A stretch of 57,130 nt of DNA, filler included, from Sphacelaria rigidula (taxonomy: Eukaryota), in assembly GCA_964200075.2 (NCBI GenBank). It is 8 parts of 8 records of this genome, joined end to end, with 100 filler letters (N's around TTAATTAATTAA, not from the genome) between each part and the next. Parts side by side here need not be neighbours in the genome. Positions count along the whole stretch, not along the records: positions 14,309 to 21,362 come from CAXNAA020016737.1; positions 21,463 to 28,516 come from CAXNAA020016738.1; 6 more parts are not named here. One strand, given 5' to 3'. The notes under the pieces were generated by a model, which saw nothing but the letters and a program-made list of their open reading frames with translations, did no database searches and was not told where the DNA came from. The stretch's first letter is position 1. Each line of letters opens with the position of its first letter. The translations under genes were made by a program, and so were the position numbers. Below are positions 14,394 through 26,740 of the stretch, in pieces.

Positions 14394-16140
14394 CTACAAT
14401 GTTTTCGATGGGATCGGTGATACGTCCCATGGGGATTCATCGATAGGTTGAGCTGATGTGGGCAAGCGCGACAAAACGTCGGCGTTTGCATTCTGGGGAC
14501 CTGTGCGGTACTTCAGTTGAAAGTTGTAAGACGACAGGATTTCGAACCAGCGTTGTACCCTAGCGTTGTGTTCCGCCAATTTAGCAAGGCTTTCCAAAGG
14601 CTTATGATCGGTATAAATTACAAATAGGATGTCATACAAATACTGACCCAGACGTCGCACACACCAAACAACTGCGACGGCCTCTTGTCCCATAACAGAC
14701 CAATTCTGTTCATTCGGAAAAGAAGTGCGACTCAGATAGACAATGGGACGAACGGTAGCATCGACTTGCTCCTGTTCTCATGTGCAGCCAAACCCAATTT
14801 TGGAAGGATCTGTACGAAGCCGGAAAGGGCGGGAACCCTGCTCCGCTGCCGACCAGTCGGGGAAGACGAGAATCGGCGGGCGCGAAAGGGTGTCAAGAAG
14901 ACGGCGGACGGTTTTTTCCATTTCCAATGTGAACACTAATTTCATCCCTTTTTCGAGGAGGGTGGTGAGGGGTTTGAGCGTTTGGGCAAGGTTTGGCAAG
15001 TACTGTCTGTAGTAGCTTAGACCTCCCGACAAGGAACGCAGTTGAGAAATTTTTCGTGGCATGGGCATATCGGAGAGTGCAGCGACCTTGTCGAGGTTTG
15101 GGTTACGACCTTCGGGGGTGATGCAATGACCCAAGAACTCAATCTTCGTGGCGCCAATGCGGGATTTGGAGGGGGCGAGGTTCAAGTTGCGTTGTTCAAA
15201 CCGATTAAAGAATGATGCCAGTTGTTCGACGTGTTCAGCCGGTGTGGAGTCGTGGCACACCACATCATCAAGGTACATATGGCATTTGGGCAATCCATCG
15301 GTACAAGGAACATTACACGTTGAAACGCACCTGGGGCTCCGGCGGCACCTTGTGGTGTAACCAGCCTCTCGTTCAAACCTGATGGCGTGCAAAGTGCTGT
15401 CAGTTCAATGAAATTCGGACCCATCACGAGCTGGCGATAGCCGGACTGCATGTCAAAGTTCGAAAATCCTCACCCCCACCAAAAGAGTCAATAATTTCAT
15501 CAATCCGTGGAAGTGGCAGCCGGGCGATTTTGGTGACAGCGTTCAATCGTTGATGATTGACCGTCAGCCTGATTTTGCCATTCTTGTTACGGACGACTAC
15601 TAAAGGCGAGGCCCACGGAGACGTCGAGTGCCGAATTAAACCGGCGGATAAGCAACCATCGAGAATTACCTGGATCTTATCCGCTAAGAGGGGGTTCGTA
15701 CGGTACGGACGCATAGCGATAGGCGGAGTGCCGTCAGGAATCTTGATCTTAAACGGTGTCGTGGTACATCGACCTAAATTTAAGGGTGCAGTAGAAAGCC
15801 GTTCAGAATATCTGATCAAGATGGATCTAAATCTATCGATTACAGTGGGTGTCCAACCATCACCAGATAGATAAAAAACAATATGCCGTAAGTGAGGGGG
15901 GATGTCATCCCACAACTTTTGAAAACTGGCGCGTTGTTCTGGAGAAAATCTATCCAGTAATGCAGTTGGGGGTTGAGGGTCAGGCGCATGCGGTGGATTT
16001 GTCACCACCATGGGGTCAGACATGTGTAGCGGAGGGGGGCCCGTGGATTTCGGGGGGTCGGTCGGCGAGTTGTTGTTCGCCGTGGGGCACACATCTGACA
16101 GGGCCGTTCGTATAAGAGGCGCTTGAGCATAACCCAACAA
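14394..16140 (-). pseudogene. Gypsy pol RT/RNase H, frameshifted
   Basis: Split over ORFs 15424-16140, 15182-15451, 14778-15392 and 14394-14693; the YLDD catalytic motif is retained. Confidence 0.9.
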
Positions 16141-19100
16141 CTAACCGTTGAGTATATCGAAACATGCAGAGGACGTGAGGTAAATGGCCTGCCTACCTTC
16201 GTGGACAAAGACGTCGGTCTGTTCAAACGGACCAACCTGTGCTTGGTCAGGTTTGAGCAATTCGACCAAATAATGTCCTGTGAGGGCGGGCGATCCATTG
16301 CGTCTCACGAGGTTCACTTGGATAAGTTGGGGTTCAAAATAAAGCGAGACTACAGGTTCACCCAACATAGTACAGACGGAAAGCATTACCTGTTTGCGTG
16401 AGGTCATCCTCACAAGCGTGAGCTTCCAAATCAGTGTCGAAGTGATCCAGTGACAGTTTGCCTGTGGCTGGACGGTTCGGGACAGGTGTGTCCGTCGTGT
16501 ACGTGTTTGTGGAAAAACGAAGCCAACTCTCTCGACCCAACATAACGTCAAATGACATGGAATTGTCGGGCACTATTAGTGCCCATACGGACAACCGAGC
16601 AGTGGGAGTAGTATCCTGGTAGAATTGTACACTTAGTCTCACCGATTGGTTGACCGTAAGAGAGGTGGAGGAACCAAACCCACCAAAAACACGAGGTGCA
16701 CGGTGGACAGACAATGCTCGTCCGCCGCACCCGCGTTGATCATCTGTTGCCAGCAGCTGGCTGTAATCAACCTTTGAGATGAACCAGAGTCTGGTAGTGC
16801 AACAGCTATCGAATGACAGTTTGCACGCGCTCCACTATGTAAACCTATCTTGGTCGTAAAATAAGCATCATCCATAGTTGCAGTACCACTGACGGGATCG
16901 GGCCCGAATTCGGGTAAGACATCTGACACATCCTGCTTCGCGTATTTGACAAAGGTGCTAAAATACACCCGCCGATGATCCTGTGGGACAAGCTTTTGGT
17001 CGGAAGGATGGTGCGTGCATGGAGCGTCAGTGTTTGTGCCTGGAATATTAGTCTCATCAGTCGAGGGTTGAATATCACATACTGCAACGGAGGGGCGATG
17101 CCGGGGACGGGCAGTTGTCGTGGTTGGACCCGACAACTGATCTGTGCGTGGTGTTTCACCCTTTTTGGCCAACAGAGGGGGCGAATCGTCATTGTGCAAA
17201 GCGAAATCAATTACATTATCCAGCTTGGTCGGAACAGGAGACGATTCATCGGGGCACGGTGTTGAGTTTGATACGCCAATCAACTCAATACCGGCACTAG
17301 TTACGGCCAACATGGGAGGTTTTGGAGACGATTCGTCAGGACGCGGGGTTGGTAAAGCTATACTGTTCATCCCGGCGTCCATTAAAGGGGCCAACATGGG
17401 CGAGTTAGGAGGCGAGTCGTCTTGCGTAACACTTTGTTTGCCTGCTGACGAACACACAATTGAGGTGCCTTCATGACTAGGATGCAAACGTCCATGATTC
17501 GGCGAAGTCTCTGTCCCTACAGACGGTGACGCTTCATCGGAAATGGGTTCTAACGCAGTGCACGAGGGGTGGTCAGGGAGCAGTAACGATCTGTTCGAAA
17601 TCTGGGGAGTACCGGCCTGTTCCACTCTAAGATTTTAATCTGCTTGAGTCCACACGCAATCGCTTTCTTGGGATTCACGTGCGCTTGCTACATCAGGATT
17701 TTGTACATGATTATCTGGAGGAGCCCGCCTAGGATGACGCGTGTAGCGCACGAAAGGGTCGGCGGCTCCAGGAGCTATTGAAATGAGTTCTCGGACAGTC
17801 GAACCTAGGTCACGCTCTTGGCGCACCACCTGAGCCGCTGTCACTTGGGGTTCCATTCCAACCCGCTGAGCGACGGAAAGCAGGGGTTCGTTGCGGTTGT
17901 TACCCTTCAAGGAATAATTACGCTCATCAAATAAAAGGGAACCGGGTACCGTAGTTTTTGCGGAACTCGGTAGGGTGGTTAGCCGGGCACTTGAGCAGTT
18001 GGAGGGTGCTTGAGTGTGTGGCTTTAAATATGGTGTTCTCCGATGAACGGTCGAAGGGGCAGCGTGTATCGTATCGGAAGATATTTCGGCTCCTGATACG
18101 TGAGAAACTGCACGATGTGACTTCCTCTCCTTCGAAGGGAGGGGATTCGATTGACTATGATTAGTACCTGGTGAATGTAAACCTGGGTGATCAAATCCAG
18201 GATTAAAACGTTGGGTTTGGTCACTGCTCAATTGATAGCCATGCGATGGTGCACGGGTTTCGACTGTCTTGGAACCCATCAAGGCAGTGTCAGCATATCC
18301 AGAGAACCCACATCACATGGTTGAACCTGCGGTGGCCGCCGTTGATTCACGTGTGTGATATTTGTGACCTGGCCGAGCGAAAGAAAATTGTTGGGTACTT
18401 CTGCGGTGAGTTACCGGCGAGCGTTGATTCCTAATTGTGGGGTTGTGCCAACGATTGGGGAACAAACGGTCGTCAGAAGTAGAAAATGAACGGGCAGGTG
18501 GTGGCGCCCAGGTTTTTGGATCAGCCACACGTCCTGTGTTACCCCACTGATTGCTGCTCGGAAACGCGGGGGCTTGGTGAACGCTCCCAGGATACGATCA
18601 AGTTGTGCGGTGAGCATCAGAGGTGGGTTGTTGGGCGTCTTCCTGGCGTGGGAGACCCGTAGGACAAGGTGCAATCATCAGTGATCGTCTTCCGTCTCGT
18701 GACTGTACCTGGTTCTGCGGTTGAGAGTTTGCCGGGTCAGACTGTGTTAGACGTGGCGCCGAGTCAGGAAGCCGCGTCTGGTAGTGCGTTGTTTGGAACT
18801 GCGGGTTTTGGTAGCGGCAATCGTTACCAGAAAAGCGATTACCCCGTCTAGGGCGGTTATTTTGGCCACGCGTGTCGCCGGATTTAGGGCGGCGGTAAGA
18901 ACGCATACGTGCTTGCCAAGTTGGCCAGCACGATGCATATTGCGGATCGTGGAATATGTTATTCAAGACGCCGAATGCGTTCACAATCGGTGCCTCGCAG
19001 GTGCGCATGGAGTGGATGGGAACTCTGCCGTCGGCGGAGTACCCAGTTTGTCCATCGAACCATATTCCGCAATTGAGGTGTTCGTCCTTACACTCACGGA

Positions 19101-19380
19101 TAAGCTCGTTACGGATGTTGGGTTCAACATCGCGGGCTCAGAGGGGGGGGTCCTGGTTGTTCATGGAGGTGCTCACGTTGAACACCTCCGGCCAAATTTC
19201 GTTGGCGAAGGGCCAGCTTGGAAATCGCCTAGCAAATGCATGTGGTACCTGAACCTGGGTGGTCATCATGACTTCCCCTGCAGAAGTCATTGAGTCGGGT
19301 ATCCACGCCGACTGACTCAATTTCCTGCTGGATTGAGTTCGTGACGCAGGGGTAACTGGAGTGGGGAAAGTTTCAACAGT

Positions 19381-19876
19381 TACCGTAGGTAAGGTAGGTA
19401 CCCGGTACCGGTATTTGGGACATCACATACCGTACCGATACCTGTCCAATCCGGTATTTTCAAAACCCATACCTACAATACCTACGATACCAGGGTATTT
19501 CGAGATTTCAATACCTACAGTACCCGCTCAATCCGGTATTTTCAAAACTCATAACTACGATACCTACGATACCACGGTATTTCGGGATTTCAATACCTAC
19601 CGTACCCGCTTAATCCGGCATTTTCAAAACTCATACCTACAATACCTACGATACCAGGGTATTTCGAGATCTCAATACCTACCCTACCGGCCCAACCCGA
19701 TAGTTTCAAAACTCATACCTACGATACCTACTTTACCAGCTTATTTCGAGATTTCAATACCTACCGTACCGGCCCAACCCGGTATTTTCAAATGTCATAC
19801 CTACGATACCTACGCATACCGCGGTATGGGATACCCCGGTAAATACCGGGGGTACGCTCGGTACGGTACCTTACCT
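19381..19876. mobile_element. TIR insertion with internal 82-bp tandem repeats, inside the Gypsy gag-like ORF
   Basis: Ends CCGTAGGTAAGGTA / TACCTTACCT(ACAG). ACAGT is duplicated at 19376-19380 and 19877-19881. Repeat units start at 19448, 19530, 19612, 19694 and 19776. Confidence 0.8.
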
Positions 19877-20450
19877 ACAGTGCCTGTGAAAGGTTCCTGA
19901 CTAATTACCTGCGTACCGTGTTGGCCAAGTGCCGAAGTGGTGCCATCCCGTCTTACTCCTATCGACTCGACAGCCTGTGTCCGATTCGTACGCAACCCAT
20001 CGAGTCGACTCCACATTTCGTCGAGATTTGCGAGTGGTACTGCCGCAGTAGCTGCATCACCCACAAAAACATTCGGCATTGCACTAGGGTACTGTCGCCC
20101 CATACTGAAACGAAAGAGAGACATTACCATCCCGTTTGTCGGGGCTAGTTCACGCCCGCCATCCACGGTGACCGAAATTAGAGTGCGAAATCCTTCAAGT
20201 ATTGATCGAGGGGAGTGTTCACGGTAACCTTGGAGGTGAGTAATCTCTCACTAGATTCCCCTTCTTAGCTGGTGTCAAGCGACGAGCTAAGCAACCGTAA
20301 TAAAAGTGTGAACGCCTCGTTCCCACTGGCGCCCTTGTTGAGGGCGCGCGACACTTGGTCGAAATGCGCGTCGCACATTGCAGTAATTTTGGAGGATTGC
20401 AAGGAGTTGGGGTCAATCGCCTGCTCTAGTGCCCGACGCAACGGGCGGCT

Positions 20451-21341
20451 TCACCCACGGACCCACTCGCTGCTTTCGAGACTGACGAAATTTGGGTCGC
20501 AAATGGCGAGAATATCGCTCAATACATTCTTGAGCGATGACCCCAACTGACTGCAGTCGAGACTTGCGTTGGATCCTGCAATGAAAGGCAACCGGGGTTT
20601 GACCTTACCTACGCTCTTGATGTTGAGTTCCAAATAAGCTCGTCGGATGCTGGAGGCGTCGCTGCGGGTTGTGTGGAGTGGTGCAGATTGAGTTTCTGCA
20701 CGTGTCTCCGTGTTGAATAGATCGCTCTCCTTCTTTACTTCCACCAAAACCTGCTTCTTCTCGGTTTTTGCTGGCTTACCTTCCTCTTTCTCTTTCAAGA
20801 GGGAGTGACGTTGCTTGGCAATGGTGGAAGGCAGAGGTAGAAAGTCGGAGAGTGTGTGTGCAGAAGGTCGGTTAGAGCGGATCTGGTCATTGTAGCGGGA
20901 TGAACCGTGGCTGTCTGTGTCACTGTCGTCGGTACTCGACGCGTGGGATTTGAAGCGCGCGAATTGTTTCCGGGTCCGCGTATATTTGGTTTGAACGCTG
21001 CCGCCGCGAACTGTACCTGCCTTTTTGCCCGCAGTCTGCCATTCTGCGTCAACGCGCAGAGGGTGTTTTGCAATGCGTTGCTCATCACCCTTAACGTTCT
21101 GATCCCATGTGCCGCTCGCGTGGTCCAAGTTGTTTTGGGGTGGTTGAGAAAAGATCGTTTTGCGAATTTCCTCGAAGTCACGGAACATGGTGTGGTCGGG
21201 GTGGGATTGAGATTGCACACATCTCACCACTCCCGCAAGTGTGACAGTCTCGCGGTTGTTGGCGAACCAGGCAAGCAGGCTATTGGCCTTCTCACAGATC
21301 GGGTCAGCGAGGTGATGCGCCTGAAATCTGTAACGCACCAA
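20451..21341 (-). CDS. 296-aa open frame upstream of the Gypsy gag-like region; function unknown
   Basis: Long stop-free frame on the same strand as pol, running to the contig edge; no motif recognised. Confidence 0.4.
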   Translation of the reverse strand: MVRYRFQAHHLADPICEKANSLLAWFANNRETVTLAGVVRCVQSQSHPDHTMFRDFEEIRKTIFSQPPQNNLDHASGTWDQNVKGDEQRIAKHPLRVDAEWQTAGKKAGTVRGGSVQTKYTRTRKQFARFKSHASSTDDSDTDSHGSSRYNDQIRSNRPSAHTLSDFLPLPSTIAKQRHSLLKEKEEGKPAKTEKKQVLVEVKKESDLFNTETRAETQSAPLHTTRSDASSIRRAYLELNIKSVGKVKPRLPFIAGSNASLDCSQLGSSLKNVLSDILAICDPNFVSLESSEWVRG

Positions 21342-22827
21342 GTCAGCTGGTTCGTCGACAAANNNNNNNNNNNNNNNNNNNNNNNNNNNNNNNNNNNNNN
21401 NNNNNNTTAATTAATTAANNNNNNNNNNNNNNNNNNNNNNNNNNNNNNNNNNNNNNNNNNNNTTTTTCGTGACACTTTTAGCTGGTTCCGGGGGGGGGGC
21501 TATCGTAGAAAGTGTCGAAAGACGTTTGCCGTAGTTTTGAACGCCATACACCGGCAGGCAGCATCACCCTGCTTTCATTTTCTCGGCGAAGGCGAGCCAA
21601 CGACAAGATCAGTACTGTATGCGTGATGAGATATGCAACAGGTACGGCAGCCCTCGATAATAATGGACCGTTGGGAGCTCTCCCACGGCAAACTCTAACG
21701 GGAGCTGTTCAGAATTCCTGTTGAAAAAGGCTCGATTGTGTGTTCGAGAAGAATCGATGTTTTGTGCAGAAGCGGGAAGAATTTTGCCAGATGTTCATAG
21801 TGGTTGTAGTATTTAGAAGCCATCAAGCCATTTCAGAACACATTGACCTGCATGATTGCCTGTGTGATGAGCCAGATGAGTCAGTTCAGTGTGGGAGAAG
21901 CAGCAAGGTACAAGGGCAAGTGCATCCACGGTGAAGTGACACAAACGGCGTCTGTGTTGAAGTCGAGGTTTTTGAAATCCGGGAGACGGGTGTGGTGCGA
22001 CCATCAGTTGGTCACAGCATCGCGAATCGATGTTGTCTGAGTTTCTTCTTTACGTGATACAAGCGGTGTCACCAAGTCACCAAATCAGGACGGCATCAAC
22101 GAATCAAGAAATCAGGCCGCCGGGGCGGGCGGACAGGGCAAACACAAGGTTAGTGGGAGAGAGCCAACACATCCCCCAAGTCTACCCTTCCATAAGGATC
22201 CCGCATCTACGCCCATGGAGTTGATACACGAGGATAGTTCTGCGTCAGTTCCAGGCGTTGGCAGTTCTTTGCCAGCGAGGCGGATCGTGTCGAATTCAAC
22301 CAAGGTTAGAGCTGTGGGCCTTTGATACCTCGGACAATCGCGTTGGATAATCAGGTTGGTGAATTGAGCGACTTTTGGACAACGTGGGCAACCGCGTCGA
22401 TCGGACAGAGATTAAACTGGACGATACCAATGCAGATGTAGCAAGCTTGGCGATGCAGTGATGCAGCTCGCGAACAACGTGGCGGTTCGTCTGGTGGAGG
22501 AAGTGTTGAGCCGAGGAGTGTTGAACCGGCTGGCCTCCCGGCGCTGGCTCTATTACACCAGGGGCTCCAGCAGGTCGCATGTGTCTGATGATGTGGCACC
22601 GACGTAGCTACGCCGTCCGGTCGTGGTGTCGTCAGGCAGCCCGGTTGCATGATTAGAGTAGCCTGGCGCGCTAGTCGGGCGCTAACGCGGCACGACGAAT
22701 GGACAGGTCCAGGACGACATGGCGGATTTGCAGGCGCTGGTTGGGATGATAGTGGATACTGGAAGTCCGGTTCGCCGGTAGTACCGCTTGTTCCCGTTGG
22801 AGGTGACGCGTGGCGCTCTGGTGCTTC

Positions 22828-23238
22828 CTATTGAAAACTGCTCTCTGGGCCCTCCTCCGTCGATTTACGCCCGAAAAGAGGGCGAGGCGGATGTTGACGC
22901 CTTGGAATGACTTGCTCCACTCAATGAGAACGTTCCAGAGCAACTTTGCATTTCCCGCTGGCCGCAGTTTCGTTTTGGGTCGAACCAGGCCAAACACTGA
23001 TTTTCAGTCACAAACGGTCAGGAGATGAGAATTTCCCCCTCTTTATGTATCGCTTGGCCGTTATTAATTGAAAATGCGTGTTTGGTCAAACAGAGAGCGC
23101 GGCCAGCAGGTGATGCAAAGTTGGCATGTGACGGTCTCAGCAAGTAGAGCACGCCATTCCAAGGCGTCGACATCCGCATGGTCCTCTTTCCAGGCGTGAA
23201 ACGACGGAAAAGGATCAAGAAGGCACTTTTAAACAGCA
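22828..23238. repeat. Diverged inverted repeat (old foldback element)
   Basis: The arms translate to similar peptides on opposite strands (LLRRFTPEKRARRMLTPWN vs LFRRFTPGKRTMRMSTPWN). Confidence 0.7.
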
Positions 23239-23868
23239 ATTTTGAAAGGCTCCCATCGGCGTCGATCTAAACTTCAGAATTTTTCCCAAAAACATTTCTT
23301 CGGAAAGTGGGCGCAAGAGCTGAAAATCACACCTCATTACCTAAAAGTTGGATAATTTCTCACTATTCAGGCAAAACATACGACAGGCTGGTTCACGGAA
23401 AAAAATCCAAAAATACTCATCGGCAAAAGTTCACGCCGTTTCAAGGAGTTGGACCCTGAAATTTTGCACAGGTGTTCTATGGGTCACCACGCAACTTTCC
23501 ACGATCGAGGTTTTTTTACTTCTCGACTTTTTTCACCGTTGTTCCGAGGTCCCAGTTTTTTCGGTGAAACTTTGATCCATTCGAACCCCCATAAAACGGT
23601 AAAAAAAATATCGTCCATGCAAAGTTGCGTGATGATCCATAGCACAGTTGTGCAAAATTTCAGGGTATAACTCCTCAAAACGGCGTGAAGTTTTTCGTGT
23701 TTGTGCGATAAACCTCACCGTGCCACGGTGAAAAGGCCAACTACTGGATTTTAGTATGAAAATGGCGTTTTTGGGCTTCTTTGACGTGGACATGAAAATT
23801 CAATCACCAGTTACTCGAGTTTGGCCACCAAAATTTGTGGGGTTCCTCCTTGGGTTTTGCGGCGACAG

Positions 23869-24310
23869 AACACTGGATCTTACAAATTGGGGATGGATCT
23901 TTTATTGGGGATAAGAAACCCGGAGACTTAAATTTTCATATCCACACCAAATCTTCGAAACATGGTTCCATTTGTTCACCTACTGACAGCTATTGACAAC
24001 TGCTACACGCCATAGGAATTGGATTTCGATCACCGAAATGTTGGGGTCCTGAGTGAAAAACCAATTTTGGGGAATTCCGGGTGTCCGAACGGACGCCAAA
24101 ATGGTTCCGAAATTGATTTTTAACCTGGGACTCCAACATTATGGTGATCGAAATCCAAATTTCCATGGCGTGTAGCAGTTGTCAATAGCTGTCAGTAGGT
24201 GAACAAATGGAACCATATTTCGAAGATTTGGTGTGGATACGAAAATGTTAATATCCCGGGTTTCTCATCCCCAACAAAAGATTCATCCCCAATTTGTAAG
24301 ATCCCGTGTT
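23869..24310. mobile_element. Foldback MITE (about 200-bp arms), nested in copy 2
   Basis: AACACTGGATCTTACAAATTGGGGATG ... CATCCCCAATTTGTAAGATCCCGTGTT; absent at the homologous site in copy 1 (about 3565). Confidence 0.85.
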
Positions 24311-25192
24311 GTAGAGGGTTCGCGAAAACAATAAAAAACGACCGTAGTGCCAGTTTTTCGGGGTCCCTGGATGACTTCGGAAAAACAACTTGGGCCCCGT
24401 CGGACCCCCGAAAAACGGTAAAAATTCAACAGGTAGAAAAACCTTGTTGATCGAAACTTGCGTGATGATTCATAGCACATTTGTGCAAAGTTTCAGGGTC
24501 TAACTCCTAATACATGCGTGGAGATTTGCGCGTTCGTGCGAGGATGTGAGCTTAAAACGTGCAAACACCTGACTACTTGGTTTAAGTATGAAAACATCTT
24601 TTAGGGTGAACTTTACGTCAAGGCAGGAAAAATTGTGTGAGATTTTCGAGTTTTTCCACCAAACTTCGGACATGTGTTCCTTGGACAATCCCGGGACGCA
24701 TCATATTACTTTTTCTTTTGAGTCATTCTGTACCGCCTTCGGGGGGTCTTTGTACTGGAACCCCCGGAAGCCGGTAGGAAACGGAGAAACGCCGAACCCT
24801 TGCCAATAACACATTTTTTCTACTCGGAGCATCAGTATCTGGGGGACTGCCAAGTTTGAGGATGATGTGAGCTTTTCTACAACAGGTACAAGGGAAATCG
24901 TCACGAGGCTCCCTGAGTCTTTCCTGCGTATCATGAGTGGATATTAGACGACGCCAAACTCCACATCACCGAAACATAACGGTTTCGGGTATAGCTCGAT
25001 CCAGTTGGAACCGTGTTCAAATCCGTTTCTCCTGTTAGATTCTTGAGGTGATGACGGTCACTGCGATTTGACGCATGTGGAGCTTCGGTGGAAATTGGGC
25101 TTGGAATTCGTATTTTCAATTTCGGGACAGTTTGAAAGGCGCTGATTGGTTGAGACACATTCTTGTCCATAGCGCCACCTCTATAGCCTCAA

Positions 25193-26222
25193 CCCTTTTG
25201 GGACCGGATCCCCATTCAAACAGGGTTGACCCTGTGTTAGTGAAATAATGAAAAATAAGTCTTCGAGCGACCTGCCCAATCACGGCGAGGCGGAAATTAT
25301 CGACCAGACCCGAACGACCAGCGCAGGGATTGTAGTCGAGTGTGATCCCACTGCAAAGATCGTGTGGGGGCCCTATCCCTGCCCCAGATAAGCCTCGCCA
25401 GGTTTCCGAGTGCAGGATGGTCGCGGCTTGGTTTTATGGTATTACTTGCACTCAGTATACCGTTCCCGAGTTTTCCCGGGGTGTTTTTTGGGTCCCAATT
25501 CTATACTAAAACGTAGTAATTTACACTAACACGGGGTGGGTCGCAAAAAAACGGTAAGGAATGTACATGCCACCATGTGGTCATTTTCCCGAGGCACAAC
25601 ATCCAGGTGGGCGGTGGAGAGACAAAAGAAGCTATCGTCATGAATTCTGCGTATCCCTCTGCGGATGACTTGCAGTGTGCAGTCCACATGTATGTTGTGG
25701 ACGGGGATGACAAAGCTGTATATAGGCAGCTGATTTCGGTAGCTGAGAATTGCCCAGAACGTGCAAGGTAGTATGCAGCGGCAGCTGGTGCTTCAGTTGG
25801 AGAGGAGTACCACACTGTACTGTAATATACTGTTGTATGCATGCGCGCCGCACCGCTAATACCGTTCGAGGAGAATTTGCCGCATGCAACAAGGTAGGAA
25901 ATGGCGACCCACCCCGACCACAAGGGGCTGTGTGGCAAGGTGATGGGGACAAAAAGTATCATCCAAAGCCACAAGTGGCGGGCGGCCCGCCGGTCGTCGC
26001 ATCCTGTTGGGAGCTCTTTTCCACGACCAATACTGATTGCCACATTAGATGTACACCACCTAACGCGCACCCTGCACCTGAAAATAGACTGGAACTTTCG
26101 GTCTTTGTCATAACCCTGCGGTTACGCGGATTTTCAGCAACACGCCACTGTTTCGTGCAGACGCCAGACAAGTCATTCCCCCCAGCCTCATTGGTCGTTC
26201 TGGAGGCCCGGTCCCAAAAGGG
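25193..26222 (+). mobile_element. Internally deleted piggyBac-like element, nested in copy 2
   Basis: Perfect 15-bp TIR CCCTTTTGGGACCGG, flanks TCAA / TTAA, empty site in copy 1 near 4510, internal coding-like remnants. Confidence 0.8.
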
Positions 26223-26696
26223 TTAAACAAAAATCCGGGCTTTGTCACCCTCCTCGTCTGTTCATTGAGGTCAGTATGATACCATGTATGCGATTATTGG
26301 GTGCGTATTGCAGAAGGCATTTGCTGATGACAGAATTTGCGCGGGGCTTCCGTGAACCAGCCTGTACGTATAATTTGTCGTACCTTGATCGTATCGTATG
26401 GAATTCATCATAATCGTTTGTCGAACTGTTTTCAATACAGGAGCGATAACTATGTTTCGACACGATGCATCGAAACTTTCGACATACTGTCCAACACCAG
26501 TAGCTATGTATTATTTATTTCGAGGGTTTCGGAAAACAATTTTTTGAGCCAAACACTCGAGGATAAGTCGCGTCTTCTTACTCAAAATGAATCAACCGAT
26601 ATTCATCTCAGAGTTCTTCTGCCCTATTTTGTTTTCGCAAAACGCTACTGAAACCATTGTTGTTGTATTGCACGCATGTATGAGGCTGCCGTTGTT

Positions 26697-26740
26697 TGCT
26701 GCTGCTGCTGCTGTTGTTGTTGTTGTTGTTGTTGTTGTTG
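26697..26740. repeat. Compound (GCT)n(GTT)n microsatellite
   Basis: Direct reading. Confidence 0.9.

Larger units (their letters stand above)
14394..21362 (-). mobile_element. Degenerate Ty3/Gypsy LTR retrotransposon internal region (upstream ORF/gag - protease - RT - RNase H); integrase and LTRs not in the contig
   Basis: Protease-like DSG (VALPDSGSS) and FDVMLGRESW. RT motifs RPYR, SPWASPLVVV, PLPRIDEI, DMQSGY, PQG and YLDD. RNase H motifs FRLRTD, YTDHKPL, RVQRW and NANADVLSR. The order PR-RT-RH is the Gypsy order. Several frameshifts. Confidence 0.9.
23384..26364. mobile_element. Same family as 3063-4652, copy 2, with nested insertions
   Basis: Perfect 17-bp TIR CAGGCTGGTTCACGGAA / TTCCGTGAACCAGCCTG|TA; aligns along its length with copy 1. 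Confidence 0.85.

Noticed and set aside
19440..19815. 82-bp repeats as a CRISPR-like array, or the 179-aa ORF 19361-19900 as a protein
   Set aside because: There are no unique spacers and no cas genes. The unit is not a multiple of 3, so the ORF merely cycles through the frames of a stop-poor repeat.
21520..22800. Possible Copia-like or other coding remnant on the minus strand
   Set aside because: It looks coding-like but has many stops and no diagnostic motif I could confirm.
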